Shown piece by piece: positions 34,533 to 43,890 of a stretch of 64,000 nucleotides of DNA. The DNA is from Poseidonia sp. GTDB taxonomy: Archaea > Thermoplasmatota > Poseidoniia > Poseidoniales > Poseidoniaceae. Position 1 is the stretch's first letter. Each line of letters begins with the position of its first letter. Under the pieces are notes generated by a model that was not told the origin of the DNA, did no database searches, and was given only the letters and a program-made list of their open reading frames with translations. The stretch is from positions 17,299 through 81,298 of the forward strand of contig JBMZJQ010000001.1 in the NCBI GenBank assembly GCA_049617635.1, in the 5' to 3' direction. A program made the position numbers and the translations under genes.

Positions 34533-37500
34533 TCAAGGATGCTTTACGATCTCACCGTTGGCGTCCTTGTACCACCACTCGTTGGTAGCCTTGTCGTGGT
34601 ACCACCAGTAACCGTCAGCACCCATGACCCAATCCGTTTCTTCGGTCGTTGATGCCGTGGCGGCGGCAGCCGAAGCACCGGCGCTTTCTGCAGCCGTTTC
34701 TGCCGCAACACCCGCAGCCAAATCGAGGTCGTCGTCGTCATCGAGTTCAGAAGAATACTCGTCCCAATCGTAACCAATCTTGGAGCCTTGGTTGACCGTC
34801 ATGCGCTTCATCCATGCGAGCAGCATGAACACCACGGCCAGCAACAGCACGGCGGTGATGCTGCCGATGAGCGGGTTGACATCACCGAACACCTTCTGTG
34901 AAAACGAGGGTTCCTCGGCGATTCGGACATCGACGGTTGGCCCACTGGAGGTCTGACCGTTGTCGAGGGTCGCCTCAACCCACTGCAAGCCGGCATCGGT
35001 TGGAGTCCAATCAATGGAAACCAAGCCCACGCTTCCGGCCTCTGCATCGACCGATGTTCGGTAAACGACCACGCGTTCACCGTCCATGTTCACCGACTCA
35101 AAGACCACGCCGATGGAACCCGCCAGCGTCCCCGTGTTCTCCACTTCAAGTTGAATCGAGGTGGTGTCGCCCACGTCCATTAGCAAACGGGAGTAGGTCA
35201 TGGAGGAGGGCGTCAGTTCGAATTTGGGTTGAAGCCATTCCATGTTCCACGTGGCGATGTAGAGATTGGTGGTTTCCCCGTTCAAACCGGTTACGTCATT
35301 GCCTGCGAGATCACGGCCTTCAATGGCAATCTTCACCACCATGCGGTCAATGAGCATCTCATCGGTGATTTCACTCAAGTTCATGTCGGCATAGACTTCG
35401 AGCTGCAACCCGTCAAGTTCCTCGCCTTTGAGCGTGAGGGGTTCACGTCCGGACCGAATCATGTCCCCGGTTTCATAATCCTCAACCAACCAGACCAGTT
35501 CGAGCGACTGAACATCCAATCCACCCAATTCCTTGAGGGTGACCCGGACTTCGTGGTTTTCACCACCGAGGACGGCCTGCGGGCGAGGAGAGAGAACTTC
35601 CATCGGAGCAGGACCGGTGCCGTCGACCACAATCCATCGCACGGAGGTTTCCTTGTCCGTCAAATCAACCCCTTGTCCCTCCAGGCAAGCAACTTCCCAC
35701 GTCAACGGCAACGAGCCTGAACTGACCGGTGCTTGAACGGGGGTGGACCAAATGCCGTCAATGGCCGTTACCGAGTAGGTTTGGCCGGCAAACAAAACAT
35801 CCACCTCACACGGGAAGGCAGGGACGGTGGAGGTTTCGCTGAACACCAACCCGCCAGAAATTTCCATCGGCGTTAACGGCGTCACCCTCGCCCCATCGCC
35901 GAGGAACGAGCCTCGGGTCAAGTGAAGATTGACGGTTTCCTCCGGAATCGCCAACCCTGCAGAGAAACGCCATCGGTGTTCGGGGAAGTTTCGCATCTCC
36001 TCTTGGCCCGCCCGGTCAACGACCAAAATCGCTGGCTCACGACGGTTGTCACCAAGGTCCGGCGTGTTCCATCCAAACTGCAGTTGTATGTTCAGCACCA
36101 TGTCCTTCTCGAACGGACCGGCCAGCCCGTTGGCACCGAGCATCGTGCAGGATTCGATGATGAGATGGGTTGAGGTCGTGGTGCAGTTGCCCGTTTCAAA
36201 CGCCCAAAGAATGCTCATGCTGTCGCTGCCTTGGTTGCTCGCAAGCATGACTTCGACCGTGGACAAATCCGAACCACCGTTCGGTTCGGTGATCTTGGCG
36301 TTCAACTCGTAAGGTTGGCCGGGGTGGAGCCACGATTGTCGACCACCAACCCAAGCGAACGCGTCAGGGTCGAGGGTTGGTTCGCCGTCAACAGCCAGCT
36401 GGTAGATGAACAACTGTTCGTCTTCTTCAGCACTTCCTGCGTCCTGGAGTGCGTAGCCGGAAGGGTCGGTGCCCTCGAGGTAGACGGCGACTTTCTGGCC
36501 GAGACTTCCCGCGGTGTCGTCGATCATCAAGGTGTAGACGCCGGTCAGGGCCGTCAAGTCGCTTGGTAGCAGCATCGTCACCGGTGAGTATTCGCCCTCA
36601 TCGGGCCAGCCGTTGAGGTTGTCATCGTCCACCCATTCTTTCCAAACCATGGCTTGGACATTGCTTGGGAGAACCGGTTGGTCCATGATGGTGACCTGCA
36701 TCACCTGGGTTGGACTTGGTGTGCGGTGGTCGTACTTGTACATCGAGGATTCAATCACCTTGGGCTTCACCGAGTCGACGGTAAAGGTACGGGCGTAGTC
36801 GGCAGGGTCGACCACGCTCGACCCGTTGAGTGATTGCAACTGTACGGTCCACGTCACGTCGCCGTAGGTGAACGGAATGGATTCGGTGATGTTCCAGAAA
36901 TTCCCGTCCAACTGGGTCGTGTTTCGAATTTGGACGCCGTTGCGGAACAGGGTGAGCATCGCATCCCCGTCAACGAAGGCGTCGTTGGTGGTGATGTCTT
37001 CGAACCCAACTTGAACGGAGAGGTTCATGGATTCACCACCACGGAGGTACTGTCGCGTGGGCGACATGGCCACGCCGTCTTCAGAAAACACCGTGGCCTT
37101 GAGTTCCAAGTCGTTCTCGTACCCTTGGCTCAACGTCGTGCCCCACGTGTGGGAAAACGGGATGGAGATGACACCGTTTTGCATCACGATGCGTGATGTG
37201 GCCGTGAGTTGCATTTCGTCGTCCCAGTCCGGTCGAAGACGGAAGGTGATGTTGGTCATCACGTTCATGCCGTCCTCGGTGACGGTGATGGCATCGGTGG
37301 GGTGCAGCTCAACAAGGTCGGCATCGCCCAGGCCCGCTGGTGCACCACCCGCGGCAGGGAACAACCAGGTGGCTTGGTGAGTCTTGCTGAACACATCCAG
37401 CCGATAGTGGGCCGCAGAGCCTCCGGTGAGTTGGTATTCGGTGGAGACGGTTTGCCAGTGTTGGCTTGGCGTCAGCACATCAGGTGCATCGACCATCGTT

Positions 37501-39620
37501 CCCTGCTGAAGGATCACGTTGCTCGAAGTTTGCAGACCGATAACCTCCACCGTGAGACCGCCTCGCTCCTCCGCCATGAACGGCAAAGGAATGGCTTGCA
37601 TACCACCGACGTTGGGCACGCTGGTTCGGGCCTCGTTCACGCCCATGACAAACGCAGAGGAAGCATCAGCCACGAGATGGTGAGAGGCGTTGTAGGTGGC
37701 TCGAAGACCACCCAGCACGGCCGTGCCGGTCCCGGTGACTTCGATGCGGGCTTCGGTAAAGGGCGTGCTCAGAATATCAACCGAGGCCGCCACGTTGGCC
37801 AAGGCATCGGTAAACGCATCGGTTTCCTCGACCGTGAGGTGGAACAGACCGCTTGAACTGTTGCTGCTGCGGGTGGCAATGAGTTGACTTTGGACGAAGA
37901 GTGCGACGTTTTGCACGGTACCGCTCTGCGCAGCGTAGGAAAATCCAAAGGAACTCAGATCGTCTTTTGGAACCCAGACTTTCGCCACGCTGGGGGAACC
38001 TCCCGTCAGCACCATTTCCATGCGCTCTTCGGCGTTCACAAAGCGATTTTGCCAGCCCCACGTTCCAACGCGCTCGTCGGCACCGCCCCATTCGTAGCGC
38101 TCATCGAGATTGAAATCCAACGCTGGTCGGGCAGGATGCTGACCTCCGAACAGGTCAAGATTGAGTTCAGAAACCGACCACGTCGTGAAGTTGCTCATGT
38201 TTCCGTCGGCGGGCGGGAGGGCCACGATGCGAGCCTGCATGCCCACAATCTCCTGGCTCACGATGGGGGTGTAGGGCAAGGTGACGTTCACCCATGGATG
38301 GTCGCCGTGGTAACGCACCTGTACCTGCGCGTTGGTCACTGTTCCGGTAAGTTTGACATCATACACCGGAGCGTTCGCCAGCATCCATGGCGATGTGAGC
38401 GTGGCGGTGGCGTTCCCGGTGATTCCGGTGGTGGGGCTGTAAGCGGAGCCGCTGAGATTCCATCCTTGCACGGCAGAATCGGTTCGGAAGCTTTGTCGAA
38501 CCGAGCCGTCACCGGCGATGGAGTAGACCAGAGGCATGCCGTTAGCGCCGCCAGAGAGTTCGAGATGGAGGCGGAATTGATCCACCACATCGTGGTCCAG
38601 CAAGCCCAACGGGACAATCAACTCATTCGAGCCGTGCATCCCTGGAATCATTTCTCCAGCGGCGTTGAGTACAGACCAGTTGAGGTAGGACCCTTCGGGA
38701 ATGTTGGCTTCGATGTACAACGGGGCATAGGTATCGTCAGCCAACGGTTGACTGCTCCCACTTTTGTGGCCCAACGTCGGACTGGTCCAGTTGGATTCAG
38801 GAGGCGTGGCGATGTGAACATCGTCAACAAACCAATAGTCGCAGCAGGTGCTGCTCCCGCTTGTTTGGTGGATTCGGAATTGCGAGTTGGCGTGCACAGC
38901 AGCTGCCGGCAAAGTGGTCATGAACTGGAAGTTCGTGGTCTGAGAGCCCCCTCCGCTGAAGGTTCGAAACACCGTCCATCCACCAGCAGCGGTCTTGTAC
39001 TGGAATTGGAGATTCTCGCCGCTATCGGGTGTTTCCCCACAGCCAGAGCGCCCTTCGTGGACCCATGCGTGGAACGGGATGTTCACCCCGCCGGCGAGGT
39101 TGACAACCGGAGAGGTCCCGTAGGTTGACCCTGCATAGGTTCGAAGCGACCCACCCGACGAACCGTTGTACCCGCAAGCGGGCGATGTGACCCGAGCCGT
39201 GTAAGAATTCGAAAAGGTCCACCCTTGGTTGTTGGTGTTGAAGTCCCAGAGCACACCTGCTGAAGAACCGGTGAGCGCACCATTGGACACGCTTGAGCCG
39301 TTCTTGATGGCGTCTGGGTGGTTCCAATCGGCAGCTTCGTCCCAAACAAAACCGGACTGAAGCGGGAGAATCTTGGGAGTGAACATCAATTCAGCATTGA
39401 CCAACGGCTCTGCGTTCGGTAAATCGAGTTTGAAATTGGTGTTGGGGGTGCTGGTCAAGGTCAAATCCATTTGGTCGCCTTCGCCAACCAACTGAGGCCC
39501 AGTTTCCTCGTTGAGTGTCACCGAGGTTGATGCTTCGAAAACCAGCGTACTGAGGCCTCCACTGAAGACCATCAGGGCAACGAGGACCAGAGCCTGTGCG
39601 TGGACACGCCTACCCGCCAT
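34533..39620 (-). CDS. giant surface protein: signal peptide, MAM-like jelly-roll domain, long beta-rich region, CARDB-like module, single TM, acidic tail ending in a Trp/Tyr-rich motif
   Basis: Continuous ORF. ATG 39620 gives MAGRRVHAQALVLVALMVFSGG. One segment runs from LWDFNTNNQGWTF to CCDYWFVDDVHI. LEVENTGTLAGS lies near the C-terminus. TM is ITAVLLLAVVFMLLAWM followed by KRM. The tail is DWVMGADGYWWYHDKATNEWWYKDANGEIV. Confidence 0.85.
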   Translation of the reverse strand: MAGRRVHAQALVLVALMVFSGGLSTLVFEASTSVTLNEETGPQLVGEGDQMDLTLTSTPNTNFKLDLPNAEPLVNAELMFTPKILPLQSGFVWDEAADWNHPDAIKNGSSVSNGALTGSSAGVLWDFNTNNQGWTFSNSYTARVTSPACGYNGSSGGSLRTYAGSTYGTSPVVNLAGGVNIPFHAWVHEGRSGCGETPDSGENLQFQYKTAAGGWTVFRTFSGGGSQTTNFQFMTTLPAAAVHANSQFRIHQTSGSSTCCDYWFVDDVHIATPPESNWTSPTLGHKSGSSQPLADDTYAPLYIEANIPEGSYLNWSVLNAAGEMIPGMHGSNELIVPLGLLDHDVVDQFRLHLELSGGANGMPLVYSIAGDGSVRQSFRTDSAVQGWNLSGSAYSPTTGITGNATATLTSPWMLANAPVYDVKLTGTVTNAQVQVRYHGDHPWVNVTLPYTPIVSQEIVGMQARIVALPPADGNMSNFTTWSVSELNLDLFGGQHPARPALDFNLDERYEWGGADERVGTWGWQNRFVNAEERMEMVLTGGSPSVAKVWVPKDDLSSFGFSYAAQSGTVQNVALFVQSQLIATRSSNSSSGLFHLTVEETDAFTDALANVAASVDILSTPFTEARIEVTGTGTAVLGGLRATYNASHHLVADASSAFVMGVNEARTSVPNVGGMQAIPLPFMAEERGGLTVEVIGLQTSSNVILQQGTMVDAPDVLTPSQHWQTVSTEYQLTGGSAAHYRLDVFSKTHQATWLFPAAGGAPAGLGDADLVELHPTDAITVTEDGMNVMTNITFRLRPDWDDEMQLTATSRIVMQNGVISIPFSHTWGTTLSQGYENDLELKATVFSEDGVAMSPTRQYLRGGESMNLSVQVGFEDITTNDAFVDGDAMLTLFRNGVQIRNTTQLDGNFWNITESIPFTYGDVTWTVQLQSLNGSSVVDPADYARTFTVDSVKPKVIESSMYKYDHRTPSPTQVMQVTIMDQPVLPSNVQAMVWKEWVDDDNLNGWPDEGEYSPVTMLLPSDLTALTGVYTLMIDDTAGSLGQKVAVYLEGTDPSGYALQDAGSAEEDEQLFIYQLAVDGEPTLDPDAFAWVGGRQSWLHPGQPYELNAKITEPNGGSDLSTVEVMLASNQGSDSMSILWAFETGNCTTTSTHLIIESCTMLGANGLAGPFEKDMVLNIQLQFGWNTPDLGDNRREPAILVVDRAGQEEMRNFPEHRWRFSAGLAIPEETVNLHLTRGSFLGDGARVTPLTPMEISGGLVFSETSTVPAFPCEVDVLFAGQTYSVTAIDGIWSTPVQAPVSSGSLPLTWEVACLEGQGVDLTDKETSVRWIVVDGTGPAPMEVLSPRPQAVLGGENHEVRVTLKELGGLDVQSLELVWLVEDYETGDMIRSGREPLTLKGEELDGLQLEVYADMNLSEITDEMLIDRMVVKIAIEGRDLAGNDVTGLNGETTNLYIATWNMEWLQPKFELTPSSMTYSRLLMDVGDTTSIQLEVENTGTLAGSIGVVFESVNMDGERVVVYRTSVDAEAGSVGLVSIDWTPTDAGLQWVEATLDNGQTSSGPTVDVRIAEEPSFSQKVFGDVNPLIGSITAVLLLAVVFMLLAWMKRMTVNQGSKIGYDWDEYSSELDDDDDLDLAAGVAAETAAESAGASAAAATASTTEETDWVMGADGYWWYHDKATNEWWYKDANGEIVKHP

Positions 39621-39789
39621 GCTCCATGGTGGGCATTGAAGGACTTGAAGCATGCGCCTGCGTATCTTTGCTGAACGGAAGAACACAACCATTCAGCACA
39701 TCGTTTTGGTCACCGAAAAACCGCACGGTTTGACAAAAATGAACATCTTTTGGAGTGAGGTTGAAAACCGGGCCGCCGGTGGAAGGAAC

Positions 39790-42700
39790 ATGGCTCAACC
39801 GAAACCAGCGGGTGAACTGAACGCCGTTCAGTTGGAAACCGACCTGCTGAAACGGTGGTCGGAAGACCAAACCTTCCAGGAATCCATCGACGTTCGTCGC
39901 AACGGCGCCCCCTTCATTTTCCTCGAAGGACCACCCACCGCCAACGGAAAACCGGGAATCCACCATGTGGTCGCTCGGACCTACAAAGATCTCGTGTGCC
40001 GTTGGAAGGCCATGGAAGGATTTCTGGTCGAGCGAAAAGGTGGCTGGGACACCCACGGCCTCCCTGTCGAAATCGAGGTGCAGAAGCGGCTCGATTTGAT
40101 GAGCAACGAAGCCATTGAACAGTTCGGGATGGCCGAGTTCAACCAAGCCTGCCGAGAATCGGTGTGGACGTACGAAGCCGCTTGGCGGGAAATGACCGAA
40201 CGCATGGCGTACTGGGTGGATTTGGACAACCCCTACGTGACGCTGGACAACAACTACGTCGAGTCCGCCTGGTGGGCCCTCAAGCAAATGTTCGACAAGG
40301 GCCTGCTGTATCGGGGCCACAAAGTGTTGCCGTACTGCCCCCAAACAGGGACGTCGTATTCCAGCCACGAAGTGGCGCTCGGGTACAAGGAAGTGGAAGA
40401 ACCGTCGGTCTATGTCAAGTTCAAACTCACCGACGACGATGCCTCGATTTTGGCGTGGACGACCACGCCGTGGACCTTGCCCGGCAACGTTGGTCTCGCC
40501 GTTGGACCGGACGTCACCTATGTCCGATGTCGCATCAAAGAAGCGGCGGGCGAAGGATGGGCCGGTGCCGGTGGTGCCGATGTTGGCGAAGAGGTCATCC
40601 TCGCCAAGGCGCTGATGAAAGAGGTGCTTCGCCACCATGTTGACATCGTCGAGGAATTCCCCGGCAGCGACCTCGTTGGCCGAGCCTACGAACCGCTGTT
40701 CCCCGAGGCCGTACCTCGAGGCGATTCTACCACGGCGTGGACCGTGCTCGCAGCCGATTGGGTCACGACCACCGACGGAACCGGCGTGGTCCACACCGCT
40801 GTGATGTACGGTGAAGACGACTACAACTTGGGCATGGAAGCAGGCTTACCTGCCCATCACACGGTGGGCATGGACGGGTCGTTTGTGACCGGAACACACC
40901 CTGAATTGGACGGACGCTACGTCAAGGAATGCGACGAGGCCATCATCGGATTGCTCAGCACCCCCGGAGGTTCCAACGGGAAAGGACCCGAAAGCGGTTT
41001 GCTGTACCGAGAAAAGGCCTATGCGCACGATTACCCGCACTGCTGGCGAACCGACCATCCGCTTCTGTACTACGCCATGGACTCCTGGTTCGTTCGCATG
41101 ACGGCGGTCAAAGACAACCTGCTGAAGTTCAACGACCAAGTGGAATGGGCACCCGATTGGGTGGGTGAAGGTCGCTTTGGCGAATGGTTGCGCAACGTCA
41201 AGGACTGGGCGATTTCACGAGAGCGCTACTGGGGTACGCCTCTGCCTGTTTGGCGCAGCGAAAGCGGTGAAATGAAGTGCGTTGGCTCGATCAAGGAACT
41301 TCAGGAAGAAGTCGCAAAAGCCGTCGCAGCCGGCCTTGAAAACCCCGAATGTCCCGATGACGTTGACCTTCACCGACCGGTGGTGGACGAATTCACCCTC
41401 CTTTCCGATGCTGGTGAACCGATGAAGCGTGAACCCTTCGTGATGGACTGTTGGTTCGATTCGGGCTGCGCTTCGTTTGCCCAGTGGCACTATCCGTTTG
41501 AGAACGAGGATGTGTTCAACGGTTCGTTCCCCGTGGACTACATCTGCGAAGGTGTTGACCAGACGCGAGGGTGGTTCTACACGCTGCTTGCCGTTTCCAC
41601 CACCGTGTTTGACGAAATGTGCTACAAGCGCTGTCTTTCGTTGGGGCTGATCCTCGATGCTGAAGGCAAGAAGATGTCCAAATCCAGAGGCAACATCGTT
41701 GACCCGTGGGACCACTTCAATCGAGAAGGAGCCGACGCCACCCGCTGGTACATGGTCACGGCTGGCGCTCCTTGGAACCCGCTAAAGTTTGACCCCAACG
41801 GCGTGCGAGAAACCTACGCCAAGATGTTCCTCACGATGTGGAACGTGTACAAGTTCCATGTGGACTACGCAGCTTTGGACGACTTTGACCCCGAATCCGC
41901 CGACGTTCCAGTGAACCAGCGCCCTGAACTGGACCGTTGGATTCTGTCACGCCTTGCGAGCGTCGGCCACGCCTACCACGAGCACTTTGTCAACTGGGAT
42001 TTCCACAAGGCCTGCAGAGACCTCGAGGACTTCATGGTCAACGACGTTTCGAACTGGTATGTTCGCCGAAGCCGACGCCGTCTTTGGGATGAAGCCGAGA
42101 CCAACGACAAATTGGCGTGCCAGCACACACTGCACGAGGTGCTTACGACCGTGTGCCGTTTGATGGCGCCGGTGGCGCCGTTCATGGTGGACGAAATCCA
42201 TCGCAACCTCACCGGCCAATCCGTCCACACCGCCCCGTGGCCTTCTGGTGTTCCCGGGTCGCTTGAGGGAGCCACCTCCGATGCATGGGACGAGGCAGCT
42301 GCCAAGGCAACCGCTACGCTCCCTCCCCAAGACCTGCCGCTGGAAGCCACCATGGACCTCGTCCGCGAACTCGCCGAAGCAGGTCGCCGAATCCGCATCG
42401 AAGCCAACCGACGCCAACGCCTCCCCTGCGCCCAAGGATGGATCGTCGCAGGCCCTGACCTCGAGGCGTTCCACGAACTGCTCGCTGAAGAGTTGAATGT
42501 TGAAGCGATTCACATCGAGAGTGACCTTGACCGTTTCCAGCGTATTGAATTGGCTCCCAACTTCCGTGCGCTCGCCCCAAAGGCGAGGGCTCAGGTCAAC
42601 GAGGTCGCCCAAGCCATTCGCACCGCTGAAGACCCGCAGGCCCTCTTGGCAGCGATCAGCGACGGCGGCGCCGAGGTCTTGGGTGTCAAGGTCGAGGAAG

Positions 42701-43080
42701 GTGATGTCGAGGTCAAGCGGGTTGAACGGGAAGGGTTCGCTGCACAAACCGTGGACCTCACCCTCGGCGAAGACCAGCGGCAGGTGAGTCTCGTGCTCGA
42801 CATGAACGATACACCCGCCTTGCTCTCCAAGGGCCTGGCCCGAGACATCACCCGCCGAGTCCAAGCCCAGCGCAAAACACTGAATCTGGACATCGACGCT
42901 ACCATCGACCTTGAGGTATGGACGGAGAACGCTCCAGCACTCCACGCCAACGACGAAGCGTGGGTGGCCTCCGAAACCCGAACGGCTGGTTGCGTGTTCC
43001 ACGCCGATGGTGAACAGCCGCCATCCGACGCCGAGCGTTTCGAAGTCGACGGTGCCGTGGTCCACTTCACGGTCAAGTGA
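39790..43080 (+). CDS. ileS: isoleucyl-tRNA synthetase
   Basis: PTANGKPGIHHV (HIGH-type) and KMSKS motifs, about 1,096 aa. ATG 39790; the track start 39652 is an upstream extension. Confidence 0.95.
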   Translation: MAQPKPAGELNAVQLETDLLKRWSEDQTFQESIDVRRNGAPFIFLEGPPTANGKPGIHHVVARTYKDLVCRWKAMEGFLVERKGGWDTHGLPVEIEVQKRLDLMSNEAIEQFGMAEFNQACRESVWTYEAAWREMTERMAYWVDLDNPYVTLDNNYVESAWWALKQMFDKGLLYRGHKVLPYCPQTGTSYSSHEVALGYKEVEEPSVYVKFKLTDDDASILAWTTTPWTLPGNVGLAVGPDVTYVRCRIKEAAGEGWAGAGGADVGEEVILAKALMKEVLRHHVDIVEEFPGSDLVGRAYEPLFPEAVPRGDSTTAWTVLAADWVTTTDGTGVVHTAVMYGEDDYNLGMEAGLPAHHTVGMDGSFVTGTHPELDGRYVKECDEAIIGLLSTPGGSNGKGPESGLLYREKAYAHDYPHCWRTDHPLLYYAMDSWFVRMTAVKDNLLKFNDQVEWAPDWVGEGRFGEWLRNVKDWAISRERYWGTPLPVWRSESGEMKCVGSIKELQEEVAKAVAAGLENPECPDDVDLHRPVVDEFTLLSDAGEPMKREPFVMDCWFDSGCASFAQWHYPFENEDVFNGSFPVDYICEGVDQTRGWFYTLLAVSTTVFDEMCYKRCLSLGLILDAEGKKMSKSRGNIVDPWDHFNREGADATRWYMVTAGAPWNPLKFDPNGVRETYAKMFLTMWNVYKFHVDYAALDDFDPESADVPVNQRPELDRWILSRLASVGHAYHEHFVNWDFHKACRDLEDFMVNDVSNWYVRRSRRRLWDEAETNDKLACQHTLHEVLTTVCRLMAPVAPFMVDEIHRNLTGQSVHTAPWPSGVPGSLEGATSDAWDEAAAKATATLPPQDLPLEATMDLVRELAEAGRRIRIEANRRQRLPCAQGWIVAGPDLEAFHELLAEELNVEAIHIESDLDRFQRIELAPNFRALAPKARAQVNEVAQAIRTAEDPQALLAAISDGGAEVLGVKVEEGDVEVKRVEREGFAAQTVDLTLGEDQRQVSLVLDMNDTPALLSKGLARDITRRVQAQRKTLNLDIDATIDLEVWTENAPALHANDEAWVASETRTAGCVFHADGEQPPSDAERFEVDGAVVHFTVK

Positions 43081-43089
43081 GGCGATGGC

Positions 43090-43827
43090 GTGCGCATCGT
43101 CTCGTTGGTGCCAAGTCTTACCTTGACCCTGTTTGACCTCGGACTTGGTCCAGATGAAATCGTTGGACGTACACCCTGGTGCATCCACCCTGCGCAACAC
43201 GTGCATGAGGTTCCTGTTGTCGGAGGGACAAAGACGCCGACGCTGTCCAAAATCGCAGCCGCACAACCCGACCTCGTGGTGATGGACAGGGACGAGAATC
43301 CCAAAGCCGTGTACGATTGGTGCATCGAGCAAGGATACGCCACCTTTGTGTGCCACGTCAACCACCCAAGCGACGTCCCCACCATGCTGCGAGACCTCGG
43401 CAAGGCGGTGAATCGGATGGATGAAGCGGACGGGTTGGCCAGCGAACTTGAGGACGTCCTTGCCTCCATTCCGGAAAACAACGGACGCGTCGCACTCCCC
43501 CTCATTTGGCACGAACCGCTGATGGCCGCCAACGGTGAAACCTACGCTGGCGGCATGCTCGCCTGCATGGGCTACACGGTTCCAATCATCGACCCCAACG
43601 GTACCGGCTATCCTGAAGTCACCGTGGAGAGCATCATCGAACACGGCGTTACCGACCTGTTTCTTTCAAGCGAGCCTCACGAATTTTCAATGGAAGAAGG
43701 GCAACGACTCGCTGCTGCCATTGAAGCGGCCGGTGCCACCCCACCCGAACTGCACATGATCGACGGTGAGGCGTTGACCTGGATGGGGTCCTTTACCGCA
43801 ACCGGTCTGCGAACCCTGTTGTCCTGA
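43090..43827 (+). CDS. BtuF/TroA-like (helical-backbone) substrate-binding protein without signal peptide
   Basis: MRIVSLVPSLTLTLFDLGL...VVGGTKTPTLSKIAAAQPDLVV resembles cobalamin/siderophore-binding Peripla_BP_2 proteins. GTG start 10 nt after the ileS stop. Confidence 0.65.
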   Translation: MRIVSLVPSLTLTLFDLGLGPDEIVGRTPWCIHPAQHVHEVPVVGGTKTPTLSKIAAAQPDLVVMDRDENPKAVYDWCIEQGYATFVCHVNHPSDVPTMLRDLGKAVNRMDEADGLASELEDVLASIPENNGRVALPLIWHEPLMAANGETYAGGMLACMGYTVPIIDPNGTGYPEVTVESIIEHGVTDLFLSSEPHEFSMEEGQRLAAAIEAAGATPPELHMIDGEALTWMGSFTATGLRTLLS

Positions 43828-43890
43828 TGGGGTGACGGTTGGACGGAGAGAAGGTTCGAGTGAGAACAGCGACGGCTTCAAATCAAGCCC

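Noticed and set aside
39610-43644. Long minus-strand ORFs (39610..40794, 41947..43644, 42591..43532) opposite ileS and the BtuF-like gene
   Set aside because: They are antisense to a confidently identified aminoacyl-tRNA synthetase, and their Arg/Gly/Val-rich composition is typical of shadow ORFs in GC-rich DNA.
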